A stretch of 64,000 bases of DNA, taken from Planctomycetota bacterium. Lineage in GTDB: Bacteria > Planctomycetota > UBA1135 > UBA2386. Shown piece by piece: positions 1 to 9,197 of this stretch. Under the pieces are notes generated by a model. That model had not been told where the DNA came from, did not search any database, and saw nothing but the letters and a program-made list of their open reading frames with translations. The translations under genes were made by a program, and so were the position numbers. How positions within the stretch are numbered: position 1 is the stretch's first letter; each line of letters begins with the position of its first letter. Location of the stretch: contig OZ245006.1 of NCBI GenBank assembly GCA_965223545.1, forward strand, positions 6,112,001 to 6,176,000, in the 5' to 3' direction.

Positions 1-352
1 GGGTCTTGGCGGCCAGAATCGGCTCGACGCCGACCGCGTATGCCAAAGCCAGCAGTAGCACCCAGAGCGGATTGGAGAACCCCTCGACCCGCGGGCCGCC
101 GACGTTGGCGACCAGGCCGTGGCCGTCCACCATGTGCACAGCGTAGGCCGCGCTGATCGCGGCCTCGTCGATCGTGTAGTGCCACGAGTGGTGCAATGCC
201 GCGCCGTACAACACGGCAGTGCCCAGCGCGACGAACACCAGACGTGCCCCGTCCGTGATCGTCGCGGGGGAGCCGGGTTCCGCCGTTCTCGCCGCGCCGG
301 GGCGAGCAGTCAGTGTCTTGGGCAAAGGGATCACGACGCTCCGGCGCGACAT
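1..352 (-). CDS. GT-C-type membrane glycosyltransferase, 5' part (runs off the window's left edge)
   Basis: Manual minus-strand translation gives a TM helix then YTIDEAAISAAYAVHMVDGHGLVANVGGPRVEGFSNPLWVLLLA, matching the DDAxI..Y...G.GL..N.G..VEG.SNPLW N-terminus of GT-C/arabinosyltransferase-like proteins. Start is ATG 352 or GTG 334. Confidence 0.7.
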   Translation of the reverse strand, partial: MSRRSVVIPLPKTLTARPGAARTAEPGSPATITDGARLVFVALGTAVLYGAALHHSWHYTIDEAAISAAYAVHMVDGHGLVANVGGPRVEGFSNPLWVLLLALAYAVGVEPILAAKT

Positions 353-560
353 CGGCCTGCGGAGGCCCGACCAACACGTCATTCGCGCGTTGGGGAGGAC
401 GTCGCGCCTGGCCTGTCGTTACGCGGCCGGCGCGAATCTCGTAGAGGCGGGAGCATGGTGAGTCGCGGCGAGCGCGTCGGCGGTCGGCTCGGCCCGTTCT
501 TGACGGGCTTGCAACGAGGCCGGGTTCCGGTTGTGCTGCGCCGTCCCGTTGGCAACCACG

Positions 561-1463
561 ATGAGCAACAACCCAGTGCAGTGGCGCGGCGTGATGCCGG
601 CCATCACCACCCCCTTCGATGCCGAGGACCGCATCGATCACGATGCCGTGGGGCAGCACGTGCGCTGGCTGGTCGAGAACGGCTGCACCGGCATCGTTCC
701 GTGCGGCTCACTGGGAGAAGGCGCGACTCTGTCCGCCGACGAGAAGATCGCCTTGGTCGAGACCTGCGTCGCCGCGGTCGGAGATCAGGTGCCGGTGATC
801 CTCGGCGCCGCGTCGGCGAGCACCGCGGCCGCCCGCGCGCTGTGTCGCCGCGCGGTCGACGCCGGCGCCCGGGGTCTGATGCTGCTGCCGCCGTACGTGC
901 ACAAGGGCAGCGATGCCGAGCTCGAGGCGCACTTCGAGGCGCTGCTGGATGCCACGGACGCGCCGTGCATGCTGTACAACAACCCGATCGCCTACGGCTT
1001 CGACGTGCGGCCGGAACGGATCGAGGTGCTGGCCGGGCGCTATGACACGCTGCAGGCGGTCAAGGAGTCGAGCGGCGACGTGCGGAGGGTCACCGCGGTG
1101 CGCGCGCTGTGTGGTGATCGGCTGGCGCTGTTCGCGGGTCTCGACGACATGATCGTCGAAGCCGTCGCGATGGGGGCGCAGGGCTGGATCGCCGGCTTGG
1201 TGAACGCGCTGCCCGCGGAATCGGTGCGCTTGTTCGAGCTCGCGCGTGCTGGGCGAGCGGACGAGGCGTTTGCGCTCTACCGGTGGTTCCTACCGCTGCT
1301 GCGGCTCGACACCGTGCCGGAGTTCGTGCAGTGGATCAAGCTGGTGCAGGCGGAGGTCGGGCACGGGACGGAGCGCGTGCGCGCGCCGCGCCAGCCGATT
1401 GCTGGCGCCGAGCGCGAGTCGGGGCTCGCGATGATCCGCGCGCAGTTGGCGATGTCGCGTTGA
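561..1463 (+). CDS. Dihydrodipicolinate synthase family protein, most like 1-pyrroline-4-hydroxy-2-carboxylate deaminase
   Basis: GVMPAITTPF, GSLGE, YNNP, catalytic-lysine motif VKESSGD, LYRWFLPLLRLD. ATG at 561. Confidence 0.85.
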   Translation: MSNNPVQWRGVMPAITTPFDAEDRIDHDAVGQHVRWLVENGCTGIVPCGSLGEGATLSADEKIALVETCVAAVGDQVPVILGAASASTAAARALCRRAVDAGARGLMLLPPYVHKGSDAELEAHFEALLDATDAPCMLYNNPIAYGFDVRPERIEVLAGRYDTLQAVKESSGDVRRVTAVRALCGDRLALFAGLDDMIVEAVAMGAQGWIAGLVNALPAESVRLFELARAGRADEAFALYRWFLPLLRLDTVPEFVQWIKLVQAEVGHGTERVRAPRQPIAGAERESGLAMIRAQLAMSR

Positions 1464-1467
1464 GGCG

Positions 1468-1746
1468 TCAGGCGGGGTAGCAGAGCTCGTACGTTGTGTT
1501 GTCCGGTCGCTGCCAGACCTCGCAGCGACAGGCCATCCACTGCCCATTGATCTCGCAGTCCTTGTAGATGATCTCGATCAGCTGATCGCCCTCCGAGTCC
1601 TCGGTCCACGTCGCGCTGCTGGTATCGCGGTTGACGAACTTCAAGAGGTCGGCCAGCAGCGTGACCATCTTCTGGCGGTTGCGGATCGGCGGATTCAGTA
1701 GCCGGATCCGCAGGAGGTTCTCTTCGCGTCGAACGTTGTCAGTCAT
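1468..1746 (-). CDS. Hypothetical 92-aa protein with Cys-containing C-terminus
   Basis: Strong RBS (AAGGAG) just upstream of the ATG, protein-like composition, co-oriented downstream of the ECF/kinase pair. Confidence 0.65.
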   Translation of the reverse strand: MTDNVRREENLLRIRLLNPPIRNRQKMVTLLADLLKFVNRDTSSATWTEDSEGDQLIEIIYKDCEINGQWMACRCEVWQRPDNTTYELCYPA

Positions 1747-1890
1747 GGGTTCTCCTTGCGAGGCGCGTGCGCGGTCGGAGTCCGGCGTACCGAGGGCGGG
1801 AGCCCGGACGCCGCCGCGGAGGGCGCGAACTAACCCCTCAAACGAGCGGTGCCGCGAACTCGGACGCGAGAAAGCGAAGAAACCTCGCGG

Positions 1891-4266
1891 CTATTGCCAG
1901 GCGCGCTCCGCGGATTTGCCGCAGCGAATTCCGCCGACGTTCTGACTGATGGCCAACGATGCGATGCGGTTGGCGGAATGTGCTGTGGGGCCGAATCTGC
2001 CGCCCGCTGAGCCTCCGCGAGCGACGCGAAACCCATCGATTGTTCTAGTCCCGCCGCGATGTGCTTGCGGCGCGTAGTCACGTGGTACGCGCCAGCGGTC
2101 GAGGGTCCACTCGGTGACGTTGCCTGCCATGTGCAGGACGCCCAGCCAACTGGAGTCCCTGCCGAAGGCCTGGTGCACGGGCACCAATGGGCGTTCCGAC
2201 CTGTCGGATCGATTGCCTGGACCCCCGGGGCCGACGTTGGCGTAGCTGAGATCGAACGTGTTCCCCCATGGGTAGAGCCGCGATTCCTGCCCGCGCGCAG
2301 CGACTTCCCACTCGATCTCAGTGAGTAGGCGTTTGCCGGCCCATTCGGCGTAGTCCACGGCATCCTGCCAGGAAACGCCGCAGACGGGCAGGTAGTCCGC
2401 TCCCGCGGGGAACGCGTCTCCGTTCCAACCGGCCGGTGGGACCCGGTTGGTGGCACGCACGAACTCCTGGTACTCCACGTTGCTGACTTCGTAGGTGTCG
2501 ATCCAGAACGGCGCCACGGTGACCTCGCGCGGCATCAGTGTGAGTGTGCGGGCTCCGGTGCGCTCGAGGCCGATGCGGTAGGTCCCCCCGGAGACCAAGC
2601 GCATGTCCTTGTAGGCGGTGGCGTTCGGGGTGATGTGCCCTTCGATCGAGACGAACGGCTGGTCGGCAGTCAGGTCGGTCGCGATCTCCGCAAAGCCGAA
2701 CCCAGGCCGCTCGACCACGACGAGGTAGTCACCGGGAGGGGCGACCGCGCGCAGCTCGCCGGATTCTGGCACCTCGTCGAGAAGCCCCGCGTTGACCAGA
2801 TCGCCGTCTTCGGTCTGTTTCCGCAGCCAGACGCGATCGCCCGGCGCGGAGTGCACATGCAGCCACGCACCACCTGAGGCCCGCGACAGCGCCGCGTGCA
2901 GCTCGGGCGTCGACTTGATGTCGATGGCCTGCGCCAACAGGATGCCGGCGCGCATCGGCTCCCCGCGATCGAGCAGCTCCAGCCCGTCGGCGCTCAGCTG
3001 ATGCCACCTCTCTTCGCGCGCGCTGTAGTGCATGTAAGCCCAGCTGGACAGCGCCAGTGCCAGCACGGCGCCGATCCCGAAGCCGATCGCGTGCCGGCGC
3101 GCGAGTTCGAGCCACTGGCCCCAGGCCGTCGGCAGGGTCGCGATGATCGGTGCATGCCGCAGGAAGCGCCGCAGCTCCTCGGCGAGTTCGCCGGCGTGGC
3201 GGTAGCGCTTCTTCGGGTCGGCGGCGATGGCGCGGCGGACGATGGCCCGCAGCGCCGGCGGGAGCTGTGGCACGACCCCGACCGGATCCGGCGCCGGGTA
3301 CCGCTGGATGTGCTGCAGGATGGCGTCTGCCGAGGATCCGGGATGCGGCAGCTGCAGGGTCAGCAGCTCGAACAGGGTCACTCCGAGCGAGTAGACGTCG
3401 GAGCGGGCGTTGGCGGGACCGCCCCGCAACAGCTCGGGGCTCATGTAGTGCAGCGTGCCGAGGCGATCGCCGGTCTGCGTCGTGCGCGTGCCTTCGGGAT
3501 CCGTGGCGAGGCCGAAGTCGCACAGGAACGGCGTGCCGCGATGGTCGAGCAAGATGTTCTGCGGCTTGATGTCGCGGTGGAACACCTTGTTGAGGTTGAG
3601 GAAGTGCACCGCATCCGCGACTTCCGAGATCACCCGCGCCACGGAGGCGAAGTAACCCCGCGTCGCCGGCGTCGCCCACGGAACGTCGTCCTCGGGATGG
3701 TCGTCACCGCCAGGCGCGGCCATTGCTTGGTCGATCAGTGCACGGACGCTGAGGTCGTCGCCCACGCGCCCGTGCTCTGCGCGGATCTTGCCCAGGAGCT
3801 GCCCCGCGCTGATCCCGTCGATGTACTGCATGGCGATGAACGCACAGCTGTCGACCTCGCCGGTCTCGTACACCGTCGTCATGTTCGGGTGGCGCAGGCG
3901 CGCGGCCACGTTCGCCTCGCGGTGGAACATCCGCACGCGGCTCGGCGACAGGGCGTCGGCGCCGCCCAGCAGCTTCAGCGCCACCGTGCGACCGGACCGG
4001 TTGTGCTGCGCCAAGAACACGCTGCCCATGCCACCACGGCCGATCTTGCGGAGCAGACGGTAGTCTCCGATCTCGCGACGAGTGGGCACCCGCTCGTCGC
4101 GCGCGGCCAACTGCCAAAGCATGTCCGCAGTGGCGAACTGCTCGATCAGCTCTTGGCTGTGCTCCGGGTGGGCAAGCAGGTAGCCCTCGACGTCCGCGGC
4201 CTCACCCTGTAGCCGGCGGCCGACGTAGTCGCTGACGACGTGGTCGACGGTCGCTTCGTTCGGCAT
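1891..4266 (-). CDS. Ser/Thr protein kinase with TM helix and C-terminal FGE-sulfatase (SUMF1-like) domain
   Basis: IGRGGMGSVF, VALK, HRDIKPQN, DFG, GTLHYMSPE; TM segment; C-terminal RLLTEIEWEVAARG..YPWG and MAGNVTEW..RGG. RBS AAGGAG before ATG 4266. Confidence 0.9.
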   Translation of the reverse strand: MPNEATVDHVVSDYVGRRLQGEAADVEGYLLAHPEHSQELIEQFATADMLWQLAARDERVPTRREIGDYRLLRKIGRGGMGSVFLAQHNRSGRTVALKLLGGADALSPSRVRMFHREANVAARLRHPNMTTVYETGEVDSCAFIAMQYIDGISAGQLLGKIRAEHGRVGDDLSVRALIDQAMAAPGGDDHPEDDVPWATPATRGYFASVARVISEVADAVHFLNLNKVFHRDIKPQNILLDHRGTPFLCDFGLATDPEGTRTTQTGDRLGTLHYMSPELLRGGPANARSDVYSLGVTLFELLTLQLPHPGSSADAILQHIQRYPAPDPVGVVPQLPPALRAIVRRAIAADPKKRYRHAGELAEELRRFLRHAPIIATLPTAWGQWLELARRHAIGFGIGAVLALALSSWAYMHYSAREERWHQLSADGLELLDRGEPMRAGILLAQAIDIKSTPELHAALSRASGGAWLHVHSAPGDRVWLRKQTEDGDLVNAGLLDEVPESGELRAVAPPGDYLVVVERPGFGFAEIATDLTADQPFVSIEGHITPNATAYKDMRLVSGGTYRIGLERTGARTLTLMPREVTVAPFWIDTYEVSNVEYQEFVRATNRVPPAGWNGDAFPAGADYLPVCGVSWQDAVDYAEWAGKRLLTEIEWEVAARGQESRLYPWGNTFDLSYANVGPGGPGNRSDRSERPLVPVHQAFGRDSSWLGVLHMAGNVTEWTLDRWRVPRDYAPQAHRGGTRTIDGFRVARGGSAGGRFGPTAHSANRIASLAISQNVGGIRCGKSAERAWQ

Positions 4267-4924
4267 GATGGATCTCCTTCGGATCCGGAGGTGGGAGTTC
4301 GATGTTGTCTCGGATGTCCGGCTCGAGCCGGAGCTTGTCACCGGCCTTCTTCAGCGCGCGTCGCAACCGGGCTCGGGCGGCACCATCGCTGATGCCCAGC
4401 CGTACTGCGATCTCAGCGGGCGTCAGGTGTTCGACGAACGTGAGCACCAGCAGTGTGCGGTACTTCGGGTCGAGGCTGCCGAGCACACGGTCGAGGGTGG
4501 CGTCTCGCTGTTGTTCGCGGTAGGCAGTCGAAGCTCCGCGTTGCTCGGCGACGATCAAGTCGCGTTGCTGTGCGGCGCGGCTGCCACTGCCGGCGGTGGT
4601 CTCGAGGGAGAGCAGCACTCCGGGCCGCGAGGCGCTCTTGAAGTGCTGTCGGAACAGGTCGTTCACGCGGCTCTGGGCGACCTTGCGCAACCACGCCGTG
4701 AACGCGGGCGTTGCCCGGAAGTCCATCTGCTCGACGCAGCGGTAGGCAGTGAGCCACACCTGCTGCACCACGTCCTCGACCTCGACGACCTGGCTCAGGG
4801 GCGGCTGGAGGTGGTGGGTGACCTCGGCGGTCACGGTTTCGCCAAATTCCTGCACCAGCTCCTCGAACCGCTCGAGATCGCCGGCGCGGACCGCCGCGAG
4901 AATCGCTACCAGGGCGTCGGACAT
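4202..4924 (-). CDS. ECF-family RNA polymerase sigma factor
   Basis: Region 2 (EDVVQQVW..FTAWLRKVAQSRVND) and region 4 HTH (TPAEIAVRLGISDGAARARLRRA). Overlaps the kinase start. Confidence 0.85.
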   Translation of the reverse strand: MSDALVAILAAVRAGDLERFEELVQEFGETVTAEVTHHLQPPLSQVVEVEDVVQQVWLTAYRCVEQMDFRATPAFTAWLRKVAQSRVNDLFRQHFKSASRPGVLLSLETTAGSGSRAAQQRDLIVAEQRGASTAYREQQRDATLDRVLGSLDPKYRTLLVLTFVEHLTPAEIAVRLGISDGAARARLRRALKKAGDKLRLEPDIRDNIELPPPDPKEIHHAERSDRRPRRQRLRRPPATG

Positions 4925-5120
4925 GGGGAACACTCTCCGAAACGGGAGGGCGCGCGCAGGCGCGCGCGGATTCCGGACTTTCTGTCTACAAGATTACAGG
5001 CGATCGGGCCTCGGCGCTGATTGCGCAGGAGAGTAAACACAAAGGCCTCGACCCCGGGCTGGCCGATACCAGGCGTGCAGACCCTTACGCCCCACCCTGC
5101 TGCCGATCTCCTCGCCTGCT

Positions 5121-6692
5121 GTGTCTCCAACTCGGCGTTGCCGTGGCCTGTTGCTGATCGTCGCGCTCACCATCGGTGTGTACGCGCCCTCGGTCGGCAA
5201 CGGCTTTGCCATGGACGACGCCGCCGCCGCGGCGGCGGTCGACGCGGACGGCGTCCCGCGTCCCTTTGTCGGCACGCTGCAACCGCTCGGCGACTACTTC
5301 AACGCCAACTACCACGCCGGGACCGGCCACCAGACCGCGCTGTATCGGCCGGTGACGATCCTCAGCTACGCCGCCGTCAACGCCCTGCGGCGCGGCGCCG
5401 TCGATCCCCGGCTCGAGGCCGTCCCGCACCACGCCGTCAACGTCCTGCTGCACGCGTTGGCCACGCTCTTGGTGTTTGCGTTGGTGGCGGGCTTGCGGGT
5501 GAGTGGCGGTGCTGCGCTGGCGGCGGCAGCGGTGTTCGGTCTGCACGCGATCCACAGCGAGGTGGTGGCGGGCGTGGTCGGCCGCGCCGAGCTGCTCGGC
5601 TTCACAGGGGGCGCCCTCGCCTGCCTCGTCCTGGCGCGCGCCGCGCGCGCGGGGCGGGCCGCTGCGGTGGCGTGGTCGGGCTTGGGCGCGATCGCCGCGT
5701 TCATGGCGTTCGGCGCCAAGGAGAACGCGCTCGCTTGGGCGGCGGTTGCGCCGGTCTATGTCGCCTGCGTCCACCGGCGCGCGCTCGCCGGCGTGCGATC
5801 GGCCGCCGTGCTCGCGGTGCCGGCGGTCATCTATCTCTACCTCCGCGCGCGCATGATCGCGGCCCTGCCGGATGGTCCGCTGCCGATCGAGTACGTCGCC
5901 AACCCTCTCTGGCACGCCGACGCGCTTCAGCGCTGCTGCGGCGCGGTGGCGCTGTGGGCGTACGGTCTACTGAAGGTGCTGCTGCCGGTTGCCCTCTACG
6001 CCGACTACGGCCCCGCCGCGACTGCGCTGCCGTCGAGCGTAGCGGACGCGCGCGCCGTCGGTGCGGCCGTCCTGCTGCTGCTCACGGTGGTCGGGGCCGC
6101 CTGGGCAGCGCGGCGTCACCCGCTGCTTTGCCTGGCCGCCGTGGTCTTCTTCGGCTTCAGCGCGGTGATCTCCAACGTCCCCTTCGCCATCGGCACGCTG
6201 TTCGGCGAGCGCCTGTACTACAGCCCCAGCCTGGGCGCGGCGCTGCTGGCAGCGGGCGTGTGGCAAGCGTGGCGCTGGCGCCGCGGCGTGCTCGTGCTCT
6301 TGCTCGGAGCGTGGCTGGGGTGGAACGCGCAGCTGATCTGGGCGCGCAACCCGGTCTGGGCCAACGACGCGGCGTTGTTCCTGCACGAAGCGGAGCACAA
6401 CCCCGACTGCGTGCGCGTGCTGGTGTGCGCTGCCGGCGTGCACATCGAGCGCGGCGACCTGGCCCTCGCCGAGGGGTGCCTGCGGCGGGCGACCGAGATC
6501 GAGCCCAACTACGCGGTGGCGCAGAACAGCCTGGCGTTCGTGTTGCTCAACCGCGGTGATCTCACCGGCGCGGAGATCGCGCTCGATGCAGCCGCCGCAG
6601 CGCGCTACCGCAGCCCGGGAGTCGACGTGCTGATCGCCCACAACCACGCGGCGTTGCAGCGTGCGCGGGGGGCGGCGGCGACGCCGCGCTGA
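5121..6692 (+). CDS. TMTC-like (DUF1736) membrane glycosyltransferase with C-terminal TPR
   Basis: NGFAMDD, YRPVT, HAVNVLLH, FGLHAIHSEVV..VVGRAELL, KEN, ERLYYSPSLG, RNPVW, then TPR-like helices. Start uncertain. Confidence 0.75.
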   Translation: MSPTRRCRGLLLIVALTIGVYAPSVGNGFAMDDAAAAAAVDADGVPRPFVGTLQPLGDYFNANYHAGTGHQTALYRPVTILSYAAVNALRRGAVDPRLEAVPHHAVNVLLHALATLLVFALVAGLRVSGGAALAAAAVFGLHAIHSEVVAGVVGRAELLGFTGGALACLVLARAARAGRAAAVAWSGLGAIAAFMAFGAKENALAWAAVAPVYVACVHRRALAGVRSAAVLAVPAVIYLYLRARMIAALPDGPLPIEYVANPLWHADALQRCCGAVALWAYGLLKVLLPVALYADYGPAATALPSSVADARAVGAAVLLLLTVVGAAWAARRHPLLCLAAVVFFGFSAVISNVPFAIGTLFGERLYYSPSLGAALLAAGVWQAWRWRRGVLVLLLGAWLGWNAQLIWARNPVWANDAALFLHEAEHNPDCVRVLVCAAGVHIERGDLALAEGCLRRATEIEPNYAVAQNSLAFVLLNRGDLTGAEIALDAAAAARYRSPGVDVLIAHNHAALQRARGAAATPR

Positions 6693-6743
6693 TCGCGAAT
6701 CCTGCGGGTGTGGTCCGTCGCTCGCCCGTAGGATGATGGGTCC

Positions 6744-7124
6744 ATGCTAGTTCTCATCGCGCAGACGGCGATTCCCTCCGAGTTCTACAGAATCACCCAC
6801 CTCGTCGGGCTGATGCTGCTGTTCATGGGGTTGGGTGCAATGTACCTCGGAACCAAGGGCGACGGCGGCCGACGCTCGGCGATGGGGTTCGCTCTGCACG
6901 GCCTCGGTGTCGTGGCAATGTTGGTTGCGGGCTTCGGTCTGTTGCCGAGCAAGGGAGTCAGCTGGCCGTGGCCGGGATGGGTGTGGATCAAAGTATCAGT
7001 TTGGTTGGTCTTGGCGTTGCTGCCGTTGTTGGTCAAGCGCAAGCTGCTACCGGTGGGATTGGTTTGGGTGGTGGCGCTCGGCCTCGGCGGGGTGGCCGCT
7101 TGGGCGGTGACCTACCTGGCCTAG
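6744..7124 (+). CDS. Small four-TM membrane protein
   Basis: Four hydrophobic segments with two His residues and a WVWIK motif; sits directly upstream of dinB. Confidence 0.65.
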   Translation: MLVLIAQTAIPSEFYRITHLVGLMLLFMGLGAMYLGTKGDGGRRSAMGFALHGLGVVAMLVAGFGLLPSKGVSWPWPGWVWIKVSVWLVLALLPLLVKRKLLPVGLVWVVALGLGGVAAWAVTYLA

Positions 7125-7134
7125 GGGCGACCCA

Positions 7135-8292
7135 ATGGGCGCGGGCGCGCGCACGATCCTGCATGCCGACATGGACGCGTTCTACGCGTCCATCGAGCAG
7201 CGCGATCACCCGGCGCTGCGCGGCCGGCCGGTGATCGTCGGCGGCAGCGGCCGCCGCGGCGTGGTGGCCACCGCCAGCTACGAGGCCCGTCGCTTCGGCG
7301 TGCACTCGGCGATGCCGGGTGCCATCGCCCGCCGGAAGTGTCCGGACGGTGTGTTCGTGCGCCCCCGCATGGAGCACTACGCCGCGGTCGCGGCGCAGGT
7401 CCGCGCCGTGTTCGAGCGCTATACGCCGGTGGTGGAGCCGCTGTCCCTGGACGAGGCGTTTCTCGACGTCACCGAGAGCCGCGCGCTGTACGGCGACGGC
7501 CGCCAGATCGCGCACTCGATCATCGCCGGTGTGCGCGCCGCGACCGCGCTGACGGTGTCGGTGGGAGTGGCGGCCACCAAGTTCGTCGCCAAGGTGGCCT
7601 CGGATCTCGACAAGCCGGGCGGTCTGGTGGTAGTGCCTGCCGGCACCGAAGCGGAGTTCTTGGCACCGCTGCCGGTCGCGCGGCTGTGGGGGGCGGGGCC
7701 GGTGACGCAGCGCGCGATGGCCAAGGCCGGTCTGCACCGCATCGGCGACCTGCAAGAGCTCGACCTCGAGCGGCTGACGGCGCTGTTCGGCAACGCCGGC
7801 GGCGTCCATTACCACGCGCTCAGCCGGGGTGTCGACCCGCGCCGCGTGGAGCCGTCGCGCGAGGCACGCTCGGTGAGCAGCGAGACCACCTTCGAGCACG
7901 ACATCCACGACCTCGAGGAATGCCACCGCGTGCTGCTGCGGCTGAGCGAGGACGTCGGCCGCCGGCTGCGCAAGAGCGGGTTGCGCGGCGGAGTGGTTCG
8001 CATCAAAGTGCGCTACCCGCCGTTCGAGACCCATACGCGGCAGTGCAAGCTGCCCGCCCCGGTGGACGACGACGCCTCGATCTACGCCGCGGCGGTGGCG
8101 CTGTTCGCCCGGGCGCGACCCAACCCGCGGCCCGTGCGTTTGCTCGGTGTGGGGGTAGCCGCGCTGTTCGACCGCGGCGAGCCCGTGCAGCGCGGGTTGT
8201 TCGAGGCGCGCGACCGCCGAGTCGACGGCGCCGTCGACGCCATCCGCGATCGGTTCGGTGATGGCGCGATCCGCCGCGGCGGCGCGGACTGA
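7135..8292 (+). CDS. dinB: DNA polymerase IV
   Basis: ILHADMDAFYASIE, SYEARRFGV, SLDEAFLD, AKVASDLDKPGG, RLLGV, clamp motif QRGLF. Confidence 0.95.
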   Translation: MGAGARTILHADMDAFYASIEQRDHPALRGRPVIVGGSGRRGVVATASYEARRFGVHSAMPGAIARRKCPDGVFVRPRMEHYAAVAAQVRAVFERYTPVVEPLSLDEAFLDVTESRALYGDGRQIAHSIIAGVRAATALTVSVGVAATKFVAKVASDLDKPGGLVVVPAGTEAEFLAPLPVARLWGAGPVTQRAMAKAGLHRIGDLQELDLERLTALFGNAGGVHYHALSRGVDPRRVEPSREARSVSSETTFEHDIHDLEECHRVLLRLSEDVGRRLRKSGLRGGVVRIKVRYPPFETHTRQCKLPAPVDDDASIYAAAVALFARARPNPRPVRLLGVGVAALFDRGEPVQRGLFEARDRRVDGAVDAIRDRFGDGAIRRGGAD

Positions 8293-8305
8293 GCCGCGGC
8301 GCGCT

Positions 8306-9064
8306 TCAGCGCTGGCCGCGTTCTTCGGCGAGGATCTGCGGGATCGCCTCGCGCAACGCTGCTGCGCGCTCCATCGAGTCGGGGTGCGTGCTCATCCACG
8401 CTGGTTGGTTGCTGGGAAACGCGGCGTTCATCCGCTCCCACAATTTGGGCGCCTCGTACGGGTCGTAGCCGGCGCGGATCAGGTAGCGCAGGCCGATGAT
8501 GTCGGCCTCGCTCTCGTGGCCACGGCCGTACGGCAGCACCAGTCCGTACTGTGCGCCCGCGCCGATCGCCTGCAGGATGCCGGCCCGGCTCGACTCGCTG
8601 ACGCCGCCCCAGGCGCCGATCGCCGCCTCGGCGATCGCCATCGCCGCGTTGAGACCGAGCCCCTGGGTCATGCGCTTGTTGCCGTGCTCGAGGGTGGCGT
8701 GCGCCACCTCGTGGCCCATCACCGCGGCCAGCCCGTCCTCGGTCTGCGTGATCGGCAGGATGCCGGTGTAGATCGCGATCTTGCCGCCCGGCAGGCAGAA
8801 CGCGTTGGGCACCTTCGGAGCGTCCAGCAGCTTGAACTCCCACTCGTACTCCTTGCCGCTGGCCTGAGCGATGCGGTGGCCGACGCGGCGCACCATCTCG
8901 GCTTGAGGGCCGCTTCTGATCTCGGGGTACTCGGACGTCGCCTGCACGTACGACTCGGCACCGAGCTGGTTCATCATGCCTTCGGGGATCAGCGCGAGGC
9001 CGCACGATGGCATGCAGATGGCGAGCAGCGCCGGAAACAGGGGGCGGCAAGGATTGAGTCTCAC
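8306..9064 (-). CDS. M48-family metallopeptidase, probable lipoprotein
   Basis: NAFCLPGGKIAIYTGIL, HEVAH, ESEADIIG, STHP. Likely GTG start at 9064 with a signal peptide ending in Cys. Confidence 0.9.
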   Translation of the reverse strand: MRLNPCRPLFPALLAICMPSCGLALIPEGMMNQLGAESYVQATSEYPEIRSGPQAEMVRRVGHRIAQASGKEYEWEFKLLDAPKVPNAFCLPGGKIAIYTGILPITQTEDGLAAVMGHEVAHATLEHGNKRMTQGLGLNAAMAIAEAAIGAWGGVSESSRAGILQAIGAGAQYGLVLPYGRGHESEADIIGLRYLIRAGYDPYEAPKLWERMNAAFPSNQPAWMSTHPDSMERAAALREAIPQILAEERGQR

Positions 9065-9197
9065 GCCACCGAATGTACCCACATCGACGGGCTTTTCCGC
9101 CCCCGGGCTCGGGTGCGGCGCTGGGTGGAGCGGTGGGCCGGACCGCCGGGACCGGCGTGCTCTTGTCTGCCGCCCGGCGCTGGCCGATGCTGGTCGC

